DNA from: Piromyces finnis finn
Taxonomy: Eukaryota > Fungi > Neocallimastigomycota
Length of the DNA stretch: 64,000 nt
Assembly: GCA_002104945.1 (NCBI GenBank)
Contig: MCFH01000020.1
Coordinates: forward strand, 62,001-126,000
Reading direction: 5' to 3'
Shown here: in pieces, positions 1 through 14,297 of the stretch
Position numbering within the stretch: position 1 is the first letter of the stretch
How the letters are laid out: every line of letters begins with the position of its first letter
The notes under the pieces: generated by a model
Database searches by the model: none
What the model saw: the letters and a program-made list of their open reading frames with translations, nothing else
Told to the model about the DNA's origin: nothing
Program-made: the position numbers and the translations under genes

Positions 1-1855
1 TCATTTCGATTTTCAATGTTAGAATACTATTACAATTCCAACTAAAAAGTATTAGTTAAAAAAAAAAAAATTCGATTAATTTTAAAATTATAATTGTATA
101 CTAAAAAGGAAATAATTATTTTAAATTTTCGAAGGTGAATGAAATTTTTAATTTTCCAAATTGATATTTAATACATAAATAAAATCAATATTTTTTAAAT
201 GAATTTTTTGATTGTAGTACAATTATTTTTAATTAAAAAAAAAAAAATACAGAATTTTTTAAGTTTACAAAAAAAATATTTTAATTGTAGAATAATTTAA
301 TTTCATATGTTTGATATAATATGGAATATAAATAGAGTTTTTTCATTAAAAGATAAAAATAAAAATTTATAAAAATATTTTAAATATTACTTTTTTTTTT
401 CAATATATATTGATTTTTTAATAATACTAATATATATTTTTTTAATATCACTAAAAAAACTACAATATATATATATATATATATTTTTCCAATTAAAATT
501 GTTTTTTAAAAAAAAAATTAAAAGAATAAATAATTCATTTTTTTAGAATGTTTTTTTTTTTTAAACAGAAATAAGAAAGAATTAACTTTATTATATTTTA
601 ATAATCATAATAGAATATATTTTTCAGTAACTTTTATCTATTTATAATATTAAATAAACATGTATTGTAGTATTTGTAATATATTATATTACATTACATT
701 TTAATTTAATATAGAAAGTTGACTTTTTATATAACTTAATACATTACTATATCCTTTTATGGATTAATTAAATTCTTAACATATTATATCTATTTTATTC
801 AGTAAATAAATGTTGCTTTTTTAAAAAGTTAATAAAAAGTTAATATTATTATTATATATAATTTTCAAATTAAACTATATTTTTTTACAAATATATTTTT
901 TTTATTTTCAATAATATTTTATTAATGTATATAATATTTTTAGTAATTAGTTTTATGTAAAAGAATTTAACTTTAATTATATGTATTTTTATAATAAACT
1001 TTATTTAAAACATTTCTTTTGTATTATGTTATTATGTTATAATAAAATTATTAAAACAGGGGAATATTAGATCGATCCTTCATACCTAATATTCCCTAGT
1101 TGGTTTATTCAAATGAGGCTTATCAAAAAACTAATTAACCAATTATAATACTAATATTATATGGATCATACATTCATAATACTTTTTAAATTTTAGAAAT
1201 AATTTATATTATTATTATTAACTCTATAATTTTAAAGTTTTTATGTTAATTCTCATACTATTTTTATATTTTAATAATTTGATTATGTTTCATTTTCATA
1301 AACAATATATACATATAATTTTATTTTTTATATTAAGCTATAATATATATTAATAAGTTATAAAATTCTATTAAAATTGCAATTCTATATTCTATATTAA
1401 AATAATACTTATTAATGATTCATCCTTTAATCATTAAATTTATTAAAAAAAACTTTACCATCCATAGTTTCATGTTATTTTTATAAAAGAAATTATTAAA
1501 TTATTGAATAAAATATAATAATATTAGAAAGATACATTAGATACTAATCAAATTATACTTTAAAAATCATGAGTTTTTTTTATTAAGAATTTTCATAATT
1601 CATTTTAATTAAACTTTTTAATAGTTAATACTTTTTCACAATTATTTTGTATATACATTGAATAATTTTCATTTTATATGAAAAATTATTTATATTAATT
1701 TAGAAAAATTTTTTTTATAAAATAATTAAAACTATAAACAATTATTTAAGTTTCATATTTAAAATAACATTAAAAAATTCTAATACACTATAATTAATTA
1801 GTTATATAAATAGTATATTATTGTATTTATTCCTATATAGTCACTAATATTACTA

Positions 1856-2452
1856 TTAGGAAGATGTATTATTGTCGGTTTCTGATTTATATTCTTCTGG
1901 GGAACATCCCACCTTATCATTGATAGTAATAAATAGATCCCATGTTTTTGTACATGATATGCCGAAATAACCATAATATTTAAATATTAAAACTGATTTG
2001 AATATAGAATGATTTCCAAAATCAATTCTTCCACTTTCTTTGTCACGAAGATAATAGAAACTATCAAAGGTAACTCGATCACCCATATCATTAACACAAT
2101 AATTTCTATTTGGATTTTGAACACCAAATAAAGTGATATTATATTGAGATGATGGACAGTAAGCAACTGCATCTATACCTACACGATCCTCATTATCATT
2201 AGATTCTTTTCTAAATGTTTCATAATAATTTGCAATAGGATCTTTTATTTCGCAATCTTCACCCTTAATATTAATAGGTAAGGAATCAAATCCTATCCCA
2301 CATTTAGTATTTTGATCAGAACATTTTGTTATACCACATAAAGGGTTTTTATCTATATTTTGATATATTTTATAATCTATTTCATTTGTAAATCTCGCTT
2401 TTACTGAAATTATTGATAAAATAAATATTATATATAAACTGTAAAACTTCAT
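1856..2452 (-). CDS. Small secreted Cys-rich protein of unknown function (198 aa, intronless)
   Basis: Clean ATG-to-stop ORF with higher GC than its flanks. Hydrophobic N-terminal signal-peptide-like segment (MKFYSLYIIFILSIISVKA) and 8 Cys. No family recognised. Confidence 0.75.
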   Translation of the reverse strand: MKFYSLYIIFILSIISVKARFTNEIDYKIYQNIDKNPLCGITKCSDQNTKCGIGFDSLPINIKGEDCEIKDPIANYYETFRKESNDNEDRVGIDAVAYCPSSQYNITLFGVQNPNRNYCVNDMGDRVTFDSFYYLRDKESGRIDFGNHSIFKSVLIFKYYGYFGISCTKTWDLFITINDKVGCSPEEYKSETDNNTSS

Positions 2453-3235
2453 TTTATTTATATATATATATATATATTTTTTTTTTAATTTTGTTCTTTT
2501 TATTAATTGTTTAATAAGTTCTTAATTATAATTAGTGTAAATGAAAATAATAAAATATTTTATATTTTAAAAAATAGTAAGAATATTAAAATATATTTTT
2601 AGAATGAACATTCGTTTAAAGTATATCTTTTTTTTTTTTTTCCATTTTATATAATTTAAACAAAGTTTGTCTTTTAGCTTATTGTTCCATTTATAAAACT
2701 AATATTTTTAATATTAATAAAAATAATAATAATAATTATATAATATTTATATTTAGAAAATATGTTCATCACTTGATTTATAAAAAATATTAATATCTGT
2801 ATCTTTTTAATTATAATTTATAAAGTACTTTGATTAACTAAATTTAAATAACTATAAAACAATGTTTAACCTTTTAATAATTATTTAAATATTATATATA
2901 TCAATAATTCTTTTTTTTTTTTTTTTCTCCCATTAAATTTATAATTGAATCTTATTTTATTTATTTTTATTTTTTACTGTTTTTACATGAAATATTAAAA
3001 ATTATTTAATAAGAATTAAATAAGTATAGAATGAGAAAAAGGATTTTAATAATACTAAAAAAAAAAAAAAAATAATAAAATATAAAAAGGTATAAAAAAA
3101 ATCAAAAATAGAAAAATAAAATTATGAAAATTTTAAAAATTAATATTTTTTTAGAAATTAATTTTTCATTTTTTATTTTACTATATAAATATATTTAATT
3201 AATTGATTGAATATTATTTTTACATTGGTGTTAAT

Positions 3236-6200
3236 TTAATCAGATTCTAAGATTTCGCCTTCTTCAAGTGATTCTTTGTCTTCACTACCTTCACTATCTG
3301 CCTCTTCTATGGGTTTTTTTGAAGAAATTTTATGTTCTTGTTTCCTCTTTTCTTCTTCTGCTTGTTCCAACTTTTTCTTTTCTGCTTCCATATACATTAT
3401 TTTCATTCGTTTGTTAACATCAGCAACCTCAGAAGATGAAAGTCCAGAGTTACCAACACTAACACTATCACCAATGTTATTTAAAACAGAATTTGAAAAA
3501 TTATTGCTACTACTATTGTTGTTGTTGTTGTTATTGCCGTTGTTATTATTATTAATATTGTTATTATTATTGACGCTTGAAATATTAACGTTACTACCGC
3601 TTCTACTTAAATTACTACTACTATTATTAACAGTATTATGATATCCCTTAGAAAGATTAGAAGATGTTATTACATTATCCACAGTATCCAATTTAAAACC
3701 ACTATTATTAGTTGCTGATGTAGTTATTGGATTAGAATAGGATGAACTATTAATATTAGAACTACTATTATTATAACTTTTAGAGCCATCTAATTTATGC
3801 TTCATCTTCGTTATACCATTGTTTAAATTATTAATAGTATTTTTATTTACATTTGATAGTGAATTATTATTGTAATTCAAAATCGTAGCGTTAGTAGTAC
3901 TGCCAGAATTTAAAATATTATTATTTTGGTAGGAATTACTATTCTTAGAATATGAGAAGTTAGATGTAGAACTCATAGAAGAAAAATTATTATCCTTCAT
4001 TTCAGTATCTTCAATAACTTCACCCTCTTCAGTTTCACTATTACCTCCAGTGGCTTGACTATGATAACTACCAACGCTACTACTGCTATTTTTTTTTATT
4101 CTCATACGATTATTGTTATTATTATTACTGCTATTCATTATTGATGAACCAGAATTATTAGTACTGCCTAAAATGCTTGATCCACTGTTATTGTTATTGT
4201 ATTTACTTCTCATAAAATTCTTATCCTTGATACGATTATCTTTATCATCTTCACTATTTCTTCTAATTTTATCATTTAGATTCATACTATTATTTCGCAT
4301 AAACATTTTTCTATTATTGTTATTACCGTTACTCAAGTTATTATTTTCATAAGAAGATGATGATGTATTGGAATAATTACTGTTCTTTATACCAGAATTA
4401 TATTTATTATTTTGATTATTATACTTTGAAATATTCTTATTCTTCAAAGTGCTATAACTAAGGTTGGGTGAATTACTATTGCTGAGATGTGAAGAAGACG
4501 AATGCATATGATTATGAAGTGAAGAAGAAGAATGACTTCCATGGGATTGTATGTAATTTTTACTATTTTTATGACCAAGATTATCTATATATTTAGATGA
4601 TATATCACCTTTCTTAGGTGGTACTGGACTGTTTGAACGAGATAATATTGGAGATTTATTACTATAACTATACCCTGAAGAATCTTTATATTTATCGTTA
4701 TATTTATCATTGTATCGATCATTATACTTGTCTGAGTATTTATCTGAGTATTTATCTGAATATTTATCTGAATATTTATCTGAATATTTATTATCTATTA
4801 AATTTAATCTACTTCCACTTTTATTTCCATCTTCATTCTTTATAGAGCTAAGATAACTATCTCTTCCTCTATCATCTCTCTCGTAATCTCTGTTTCTATT
4901 TCTATCACGGTCTCTATCCCTATCTCTATCTTTTGATTTATCTCTATAATCAAAATTCTTACTATAGTTGCTTCCATAAGATGGTGACCCAATACCATCT
5001 TTTCTATCATCTTTATTACTATATTTATTGTAATAAGGTTTTTCTTTCATACTACTACTTCTATTATTGTCTGAGTCATAGGAAAATTTTTTACTATTTA
5101 TATCACTTCTGCTATCCTTTTTAAATTTAGAATCTCTATCATCGTAATCACGATTTGAATAGTACGAAGGAGATTTAGTTATATTAAAAGGATTCTTTAT
5201 TTTCATATCTGAATTAAAAAAATCTCGATTTTGTTTAGAATCAGAATTAAAAGAATCACTAGAAAATGATTTATAAAAAGAATCCTTTTGACCTGAAGTT
5301 AATGAAGAATATGAATTTGATTTTGAAATACTAGACGAATTTTCTGAAGATTTTATTTCATGTGGTTTATTTCTTTGGCCTTCATAAAATTTATTTAAAG
5401 GTTTATTACTAATAGGAAAAGAAGGCGAATTACTGTTACTATTAAATGAAGAAGAATAATTATCGCTCCTTCTATTCATTTTCAAGTTATTTAAATTTGG
5501 AATATCTTTTTTAATATTTAAGTCTTGTCTTAAAGATTCAGGCTTATTTATTTTATTTTTATTTTCTTCAGAATGTAATCTGTTTATAGGTAATGAAGTT
5601 TTTAATGAATTTGATTCATCAACATCTATTTTCATCTTTTTATTTATATGATCATTTTCATCAAGTTTTGTATCTACTAAAGGATGAATTGTTCCAGTTT
5701 TAAGTTGATCTTCTTTTGTATTCTTCTTATTTTGGATAATACTAATATCAATATTCATTACCATAGCTGTGTCCTCATCCTCTGTTTTCATTTCAACATC
5801 ATTAATACTTGCATTACCCTTTAATTCTTCTTTATCTAATTTACCATTTACTAAATTAAAATTTGACACATTGGCATTCATTCCACCTTCTTTTTTAAGT
5901 TCATCTATTTTTATTTCATTTTTTTCTTTTTGCGTATTAACATCCTTCTTCATTAAATCGTCTTTATTATTTTCTTTTTTTTGAATATTCAATATTTTAA
6001 TGTCATTCTTCCTATTTTCGGATTTTTGTAAAATATTAATACTACTTGGTTCCTCTGGCTTATCTAGTTTATTTTTTTGACTCATTATTATTTCATTGTT
6101 TTCTTTCTTTTGCTCTGTATTAATTAAGCTTACGTGATCTATAACTTTAGCATTTGAATTTATTGTTTCCTTTACAGGTTTTATGTTCTCTATTTCCTCT

Positions 6201-6333
6201 ACTTTATCCAATTCTTTTGCTTTTGATTCATATTTAATTGCCTTATCTTCTAATTTTTCACTCATTATACTTGGATTTGATTTCTTGTTCTCTATTTTTT
6301 GAAGAATATTTACTTCTGACGTTACTAATTCTA

Positions 6334-6391
<58 letters not shown>

Positions 6392-6444
6392 GTTGTTGTT
6401 GTTGTTGTTGTTGTTACTATTACTACTACTACTACTACTACTAC

Positions 6445-6502
<58 letters not shown>

Positions 6503-9500
6503 TAATTCACAACTACTTTTTGAAATTTTATCAACGATTTGTTCTTCATTTATATTTAACTTTTTATCAATATCCATATTATCACTATTATTCTCATTTG
6601 ATTCATCTTTCTTTATTATATCTATTGGTTTTTCCAATTTTTCTTTTGGACTATATTGATTTGCTTCGTTCTTAATAGTGTTTTCTTTAATAACTCCCTC
6701 GATTAAATCTTTTTTTATTGATTTTGTTTCTGATGACTTCAAAGGTTCATTTTCCTTTATTTCTTCTTTACTATTATCATTAGATTGTTTTTTAATAATA
6801 ACATTCATGGATTGTAATGATTGCTTTTCAATTGATATAGATGTCATAGAAATATCATTTTTGTTTTTGTCACTATTATCAGAATCTTCATCATAATCAT
6901 CATCTTCATTTTCAATTTTCATCTTATTACTTTTTAGTGACAATATATTATTTTTATCATTAATTACATCATTAAACTTTTCAGTTTTAACACTGTCAAT
7001 ATCCATTTTTAAAAGATCACTATTATCAGAAGATTCTTTTACTATCTCACTCTCTAACTTAATAGGTTCTTTTGATTCTTTTGTCTTTGAATTGATTTTT
7101 TTATCTTCAATGTCTTCATCCTTATTATCAAACTTCTCATCAACATTTATTCCTAACTTTTTAAGATCTTTTTTATACTCTTCACTTTTAGTGGTTAATT
7201 TTAATTTATTTGCTCTATTTATAATAGTTAATTCATCCATATCATTACGATTAAATTTTTCAATAATATTATAATAATTATGTGGCCAGTTATTTAATAA
7301 CTGAGAGTTTCGCTTTATACTAAAATATATGTAATAATTAATATATAAATTATTAATTTAAATAAAATAATATAAAAATAATAATTGGTATAGAATATTT
7401 TAATAATAACTAAATAATAATTTATTCAACTATATATATTAATATATTTACCTTAAATATGAAGAACTAATTTCAGGAAGGGCTAAGATAATATTATCAC
7501 ATCTTTTATATGACTCCACAATCCATTCTAGGCCATGGATTTTTTTCATCATCCTGTAAGCTTCTTGTTTATGATCTTCCATAGATTGTAAATCTTCATA
7601 ATTATCACTACTACCATCATTATCACTTTTATGAGTAGCATTAAACACATCTAATGAAATAGATCTTTGTGGAGTTGAATGAATACATTTTCTGCCATGA
7701 CGATAACTATACCCTTTAGGGATTCTTACTACTTTTTCAACAAATAAACTTTCACCATCATGACCACTTCCCCATCCTTTACTTTTTAAGCCCCTTCTTT
7801 CAGAACCACTATAATTAACTAAACGAGGCAAGATTCTTAAATAAACACAAAGATCATGATCAGGTAATTGGTCATATGGGTCTATTTTTCCTGTTATCCA
7901 AGAATTTGAAATATCAGCTATTTAGAAAATAATAAATAATATATTTCAAAATTAATTTTTATGAACTAAATTATACATAATAATTATAATGATGTAATAA
8001 TAATTCTTTACATGTATCATTTATTGTGAGAGCGTTTGGAGACTCTTCTGGAGGCCAATTTTCCTTTGGTGCATCAACAGGCTTATATAAACCAGAGTGA
8101 ATTATCACTAATAGTTTATTTGTATATAAAAAATTAAATTAAATTTAATAATAATCAATAATTAAGTAATAATTTAAAATAAAATATATAGTATATAAAC
8201 TTACTAGCAACAACGTCCGAATCATCACTATAAATTTCTGTACCCCATAGAGCACAATTTTGAATAGCTAAATTAGTTGAAAATAAAAGATATTCAGCTG
8301 GAATTCGAACAGCAATTGTTGAATAATAATGTTCTGACGTGAAAGCTGGCAAAACAAATAATTCAACATCTTCTGGTTTATCAGAATTTGGATTAGTTAA
8401 TTTTGGACCATGATATAAATAAAAACCTAAACATATAGTAATGAATTGATATTTATTTTTTAATTTATATGATGTCATAAATAAAATTTTAAAATATTGC
8501 TGATAAAATATATTTAAAGAGTAAATTGTCTCAAAACATATAATAAATAACATATTGTGGAAATATTAATTTAAAATGAGGTTTTTAATTTCTTAAAATT
8601 GTACTTACCATAAAATTTTTCTTTAACTCCTTTCGGAATCTTCATTAAACTTTCATCATTAACAATAGTAATTTCACCAGGATGAATTCTTTTATTGTTA
8701 TTAATATTATTATTGTTGCTATTTATGTTATTAACATTATCATTGTTGGTGTCGCTGATATCTTCACTATTATTATTGTTGTTGTTGCTATTGCTATTGC
8801 TATTACTATTATTATTGTTGTTGTTATTGTTGTTGTTGTTATTAATATTATTGTTATTGTTGCTATTATATCCTTGTGGAGAACAAACTTGATATCCTGA
8901 TCTAGAATTATCATGTATCATGTCTATTTCATTATCATCATTAACAATGTTATGTTTATTATATGTACGTGGTTTGGGTTGGATATTATTATTATATATA
9001 TTTGTATTATTATTGTTGCTGCTATTATTATTACTGTTATACATTTGTTGTTGAGATGGCATGCAATAATTTTGTTGAGGTTGATTTTGATGTTGTTGAA
9101 ACATCGTCATCGTATTTTTAACATTATTTGATTGAGGTTGATTCATTGACAAATTCTGAGAAGGTTGATAATTTGATGGTTGTGGAGCGATTGGTTTAAA
9201 TGGATAGTTAGAATTATCATTTAATACGGGTGAACTTGTAAGTTTTGAACTATTATTATTATTATTAAAATCATTCATATCATTTCCATTGTTATTATTC
9301 ATATTATTCATATTATTATTTTTATTCACATTTACAAAACCTTGACTAATTTGAGTAACAGTAGTTTCATCATATTCATATTTAACTTTTTTCAGATTTG
9401 GTTCCCTCCTACTATTATTATAATTTGATTCATCAGACATAGATTTAAACATTGTATCCTTTGGTTTGAAATCCATTGGTCCTATTCTATTCATATTATC

Positions 9501-9895
9501 TTGAATTGAGGATAAAGATGAATATGAAGATGGCTGTGATGAATTTATTTGAATTTGACCACTGTTATTATTATTGTTGTTATTGTTGTTAGTAGTAGTA
9601 GTATTCTGTTGCATATTCATATTATATTGATTATTATATTGAGAAGATTGATTTTGATTGGAGTAATTATTATTCATCATAGGATGATTTTGACTGTGTG
9701 GTTGTGACTGAGAAGAATTAGAATTAGAAATTGGTTGTGGCATCATATTTTGATTCCAATCCTGATTATATTGATTTTGTTGAGATGATTGTTCATTATC
9801 ATTCTCTTCTTTAATATTTCTCAAGTTATTCACGTTATTATTGTTATTGGTATTATTAAAATAGTATGAGCCATTATTATTTTTCATTGAATTGC

Positions 9896-9926
<31 letters not shown>

Positions 9927-11570
9927 GTTGTTGTTGTTGTTGTTGTTGTTGTTATTGTTATTATTGTTATTATTATTACTATTATTATTATTGCTATTAT
10001 TATTACTATTATTGCTATTATTATACATATTATTATTCATATCTCTTTGTGAATTATTGTATGAAGCATCATTATTTCTATTATCAATATACATATTATT
10101 TTGATCATTTCTCATCATATTCATTTTATAATTATTATTGTTGTTGTTGTCGTTGTTGTCGTTGTTATCATTGTTATTTATTCCTGAATTCATACTTAAT
10201 TCATCTCTTTGTATATTATTTATAGGTTCATTATTTATATTGCCATTGTTATTATTATTAATTTGTGATAAATTATAATCTTGATTATATGAAGGTTTCA
10301 TTTTAGATATAGATGGAAGATTAATATTGTTTCCACTCATTGATGATATTGGTGGTATATAGTTTTGATTAGGAATATTATTATTCTTTATCATACTGCC
10401 ATTATTGTTGTTGTTGTTGTTAAACTGTAAATTATTAGAATAAGTTTGCTGAGGTTGTTGGGGTAATGTATATTGAGATGTTGATGTGCTCTGTTGATTA
10501 GAAGAATCTGATGAATGAGGGGACATAATTTCATTATTATCATTTGACATTCTTAAAGTAGGGATGTTATATTGATTTGGATTAGTATTTGAATTTTGTT
10601 TTGACGAAATATTCATCATTGGGCTTTCACTTTCCATATTTGAATATCTAAATGACTGATTCATCTGATTATCTTTTTTTATTATAATAAAAATTATTAA
10701 AAAAAATAAAATAAAAATAAGAAAACAAAAATTGTTTTAAACGCTAAGTTAAAAAAAATCAAATATTATTATTATTATTACTTTTGGGAGGCATATAAGA
10801 TTGAGATATTAATGGATTTGGCATATTATCCATTGGTCTCATTGAATTTGGTGAAGATACATTTGAATTCATCATTGGATATCTTTTATCCATTGATCTC
10901 ATTGAATTACTGTTATTATTGTTGTTATTGTTATTGTTATTATATGGACGTGAGGGCTGAGACATATCATTAGAATATGTATCATTTTGTGAAATGTATG
11001 ATTGATTATAGCCTATTTCATTAAAATTTTTATAATTTATTATTTTACATTATGTAGATAATATTAATTTATAATTAAATATTACATTAACGTAATATAA
11101 TGTCAATTTTTATGCTTATTTAATAAGAACAAGAATATACCTAAAAGATCGGCTGATGAATTTCTTCTTGATGATTGATTTTGATCCATCATTGGGTCAG
11201 TCATTTGAATATTTCTTTGTTCTTTTAAATAAATATTTTTAATAAATAAAATTAATAAAAATAAACATTAATAATAATAAAGTCATAATAATATTAATTA
11301 ATATATGCAAATATTAATAAATATATCTAATTGTATAAAATAAACTTAATAATCTAATTTTACTGACCTTTATTATCTATATTCGAATAATTATCTGACA
11401 TATTATCTTTATCAAACATCATTTTTTTATTCAATTGAGGCATAATAGAATTATCTATATCTTGGTTATTCATATTCATGTTATTGTTACTTAGATTATT
11501 ATTCATACTATTATTCATATTATTATTCATATTATTATTGTTACTATTATTATTGTTATTATTATTATTA

Positions 11571-11605
<35 letters not shown>

Positions 11606-11821
11606 ATTGTTATTGTTATTGTTATTGTTATTATTATTATTATTACTATTATTATTATTATTATTTATATTGTTCATATTGCCAGAATTATTATTTATAT
11701 TATTATTTATACTGTTGCTCATATTATTGTTCATACTATTACTCAAACTGTTATTCATATCCATATTTCCTGGGGATTTTCCTAGATTATTATATGAATT
11801 TTGAGAAGGGTATGATGACAT
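3236..11821 (-). CDS. RXT3: Rxt3-domain protein (Rpd3L/Sin3 histone deacetylase complex subunit-like) with very large Asn/Ser-rich disordered regions; ~8 exons, ~2,500 aa
   Basis: Track ORFs 11360-11821, 10759-10965, 8571-10664, 8155-8553, 7448-7831 and 3236-7240, plus small exons at ~11143-11222 and ~8012-8108, join in frame across GT-AG introns. Rxt3 motifs: 'ALWGTEIYSDDSDVVAMIIHSG' and 'DLCVYLRILPRLVNYSGSERRGLKSKGWGSGHDGESL'. An additional upstream exon cannot be excluded. Confidence 0.8.
4689..4790 (-). repeat. 12-bp coding tandem repeat encoding (DKYS/DKYN)n
   Basis: Unit tatttatctgaa and variants; translation reads KYSDKYSDKYSDKYSDKYSDKYNDRYNDKYNDKY. Confidence 0.85.
6333..6501 (-). 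repeat. Compound trinucleotide microsatellite (TTA/TTG/CTA)n encoding poly-Asn/poly-Ser
   Basis: Visible directly. Similar coding tracts occur at ~8770-8860, ~9890-10030 and ~11500-11670. Confidence 0.95.
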
Positions 11822-13133
11822 TGGTTGTATAAGAGAATTATCAATTGAATTATTTAAAATATTTTATTCAAAAAATTAAAGACAAACTTCTCTTATTTGA
11901 TAACCATAATTTTAAACTTTTAAAACAAAAAAAAATATATGTATATTAATATAAAATATTTAATAATATTAATACTCTAAATTTAATTCAATTATATATT
12001 TATTTAGAATTTTTTATAAACTTTTTTAAAACCATAATCACAAAATATTGATAATAAACTATTGTTATTATTTTTATTATTAGAAATTATAATTATTTAA
12101 TATTACCATTAAATGTAAGGATATATTATAAATTATTTTCTCTTCTAAATTACTTTTTAAGATTAACAAAAATAATAATTTTAAATAATTAAAAATATAA
12201 ATATATTAAACTAAAAAAAAAAATTAATTATAATGGATTAATCAAAAATTAATTAAATCATTATAGTAAATTGTTAATAAGAAATATTATATTTTAAAAT
12301 TTATTTAATAAATTAAAGAATGATTATTTTAAATATTAATGAAAAATGATAAATAATATCTTTAAATTATAAGATATTTATTAATGATAATCAAGATATA
12401 TTTCAATATACTTAAAGATGTTTTTATTCTATTTTCATATTTTAATATCAATAAAAATGGTATTATTAGTGATTGTTATTTCTTATATATTTTCTTCCTC
12501 TTCAGTATATAATAAAAATATTTTTTAATTTACAAAGAATATTTTCTAAGAAGAAAGAAAGAAAATAGTCCTTTTATATAAAAATAAGTAATTATGAGAG
12601 TTATATAAATAAATTTTCCATAAAAACAATATACTTCGTATTTTCAATTATTACAACAATTTTATATATTTTTTATCAATAAAATCTATTTAATATTATA
12701 CACATTTTAATAAGGAAATTGGCAAAAAAAAAAAAAGACTTTATAAAATTTTACACAATATAATCATCTCCATAAATTTCATTACATTTTCACATATGAA
12801 TTTAATTTTTGAAAAATCGTTTTTAGTCTATTTTATTTTCAATAAACTTAAAAATTAATTATTAATGATAGCAGTGATAGAATTAATCATATATTGCTTC
12901 AAAATAATAAATATTTAATTTTATTATTAAATTATAATATTTTTGTTTATCCTTATTATTGTATATAAAGATAGTTTAATGAATATATGTATAAAATTGA
13001 ATTATTATACATAATATATAATATAAAAAAAAAAATACTGTGATTAATCATTATTTACAGTAAGTAATAAAAATAAAGGTATATTTTAAAATAATTATCA
13101 TTATTTTTATTATTGTTTTAAAAATTATCATGA

Positions 13134-13681
13134 TAATCCAGAAGTAGATGACATTAAATTATTTATATATTTAGATAGTATTTGATTTTCTGAATTTAAT
13201 TGAGCATTTTCTTTTTTTGCTTTCTCGATCTTATCAATAACATCTTTTTATATATAAGGAATTATTTAAATAAAAAGTAATGTTAATAAACAATTAATTA
13301 TAAATATATATGTTTATAAATATACCTTTTAAATTATATTGCAAACTTTTAAATCTCCTACATAAACAAATTTTTTAAGATTTAAAAAATAAAATATAAA
13401 TATTAACAATTAACAATAATATTCATTATATCTATATTAATAAATAATAATTTGATTATAAATTACTCTATTAATTCTTCCTTTTCTGGGTCAGCATTTT
13501 CATGTTTTCTATCTTCAACAATAGACCCACTAAGAAGTGAGGTTCTATATGAAATAGAATTTTGTCGAGCAAATTTACCACTAGTTGGAGTAGGAGTTTG
13601 TGGATGCGCCAAAAAGTCAAAATCTAAATTTAAACTAATATCATTTTTTGGAGTTGTTACATTTGAATTTGGTTTCGACAT
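13134..13681 (-). CDS. SCOC: Short coiled-coil protein, SCOC/Slo1 family; 3 exons
   Basis: Exons ~13466-13681, ~13327-13358 and ~13134-13244 splice to ...EKEELIERFKSLQYNLKDVIDKIEKAKKENAQLNSENQILSKYINNLMSSTSGLS*, matching the SCOC 'KEEN.KL.SENQ.L..YI.NLM' motif. Confidence 0.8.
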
Positions 13682-14297
13682 TATTTCTTCATATATAAAT
13701 GATAAATGAAAATATAAAAAAATAATAGTAAAAAAAAAATATATATATATATATATATAAATTATTTTGTATATAAATATATTAAATTATTTAAAATTAA
13801 TTTAGGTTATTTATATTTATATAAACATAATTTCATATTAATAATTAATAAATTTAATATTTGAAAAAATAGTATTATTAAATTATTTCAATATTACAAC
13901 CAAATATTAAATTTCATAATGAACTTTTATAAAAAAAAAAAAAAAAAAAGATTTATCTGATTTTTATTTTTTTATTTTGTTTGTTTTATTTATGAAAGAA
14001 TTTTACTTTTTTATTAGTCTCCATTCTTTATATTTATAGTTTAAATATATTTTTATTAATTTTTAATTAATATAAATAATTTAAAAAAATTTATTATTAT
14101 TTTGTATTTGATATGTTATTTTATTGTTTTTTTTTTATTTTCTTATATATTATTAAATGCTTCTTTTTTTATATAGAAAATTTTGGGGAAAAAGTTGCTA
14201 TATTAGATAATTATTAATTTGATATATAATAAGATTAAACGGGATTAAAGAAAAAGTATGTATAATTGTACTATTTTTTTCATTAGTGTAACACTAT

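Noticed and set aside
3276-11804. Many + strand ORFs rich in poly-Leu, poly-Tyr, poly-Ile or poly-Cys
   Set aside because: These are antisense or alternate-frame shadows of the AAT/AAC/AGT repeats encoding poly-Asn/Ser in the Rxt3 gene.
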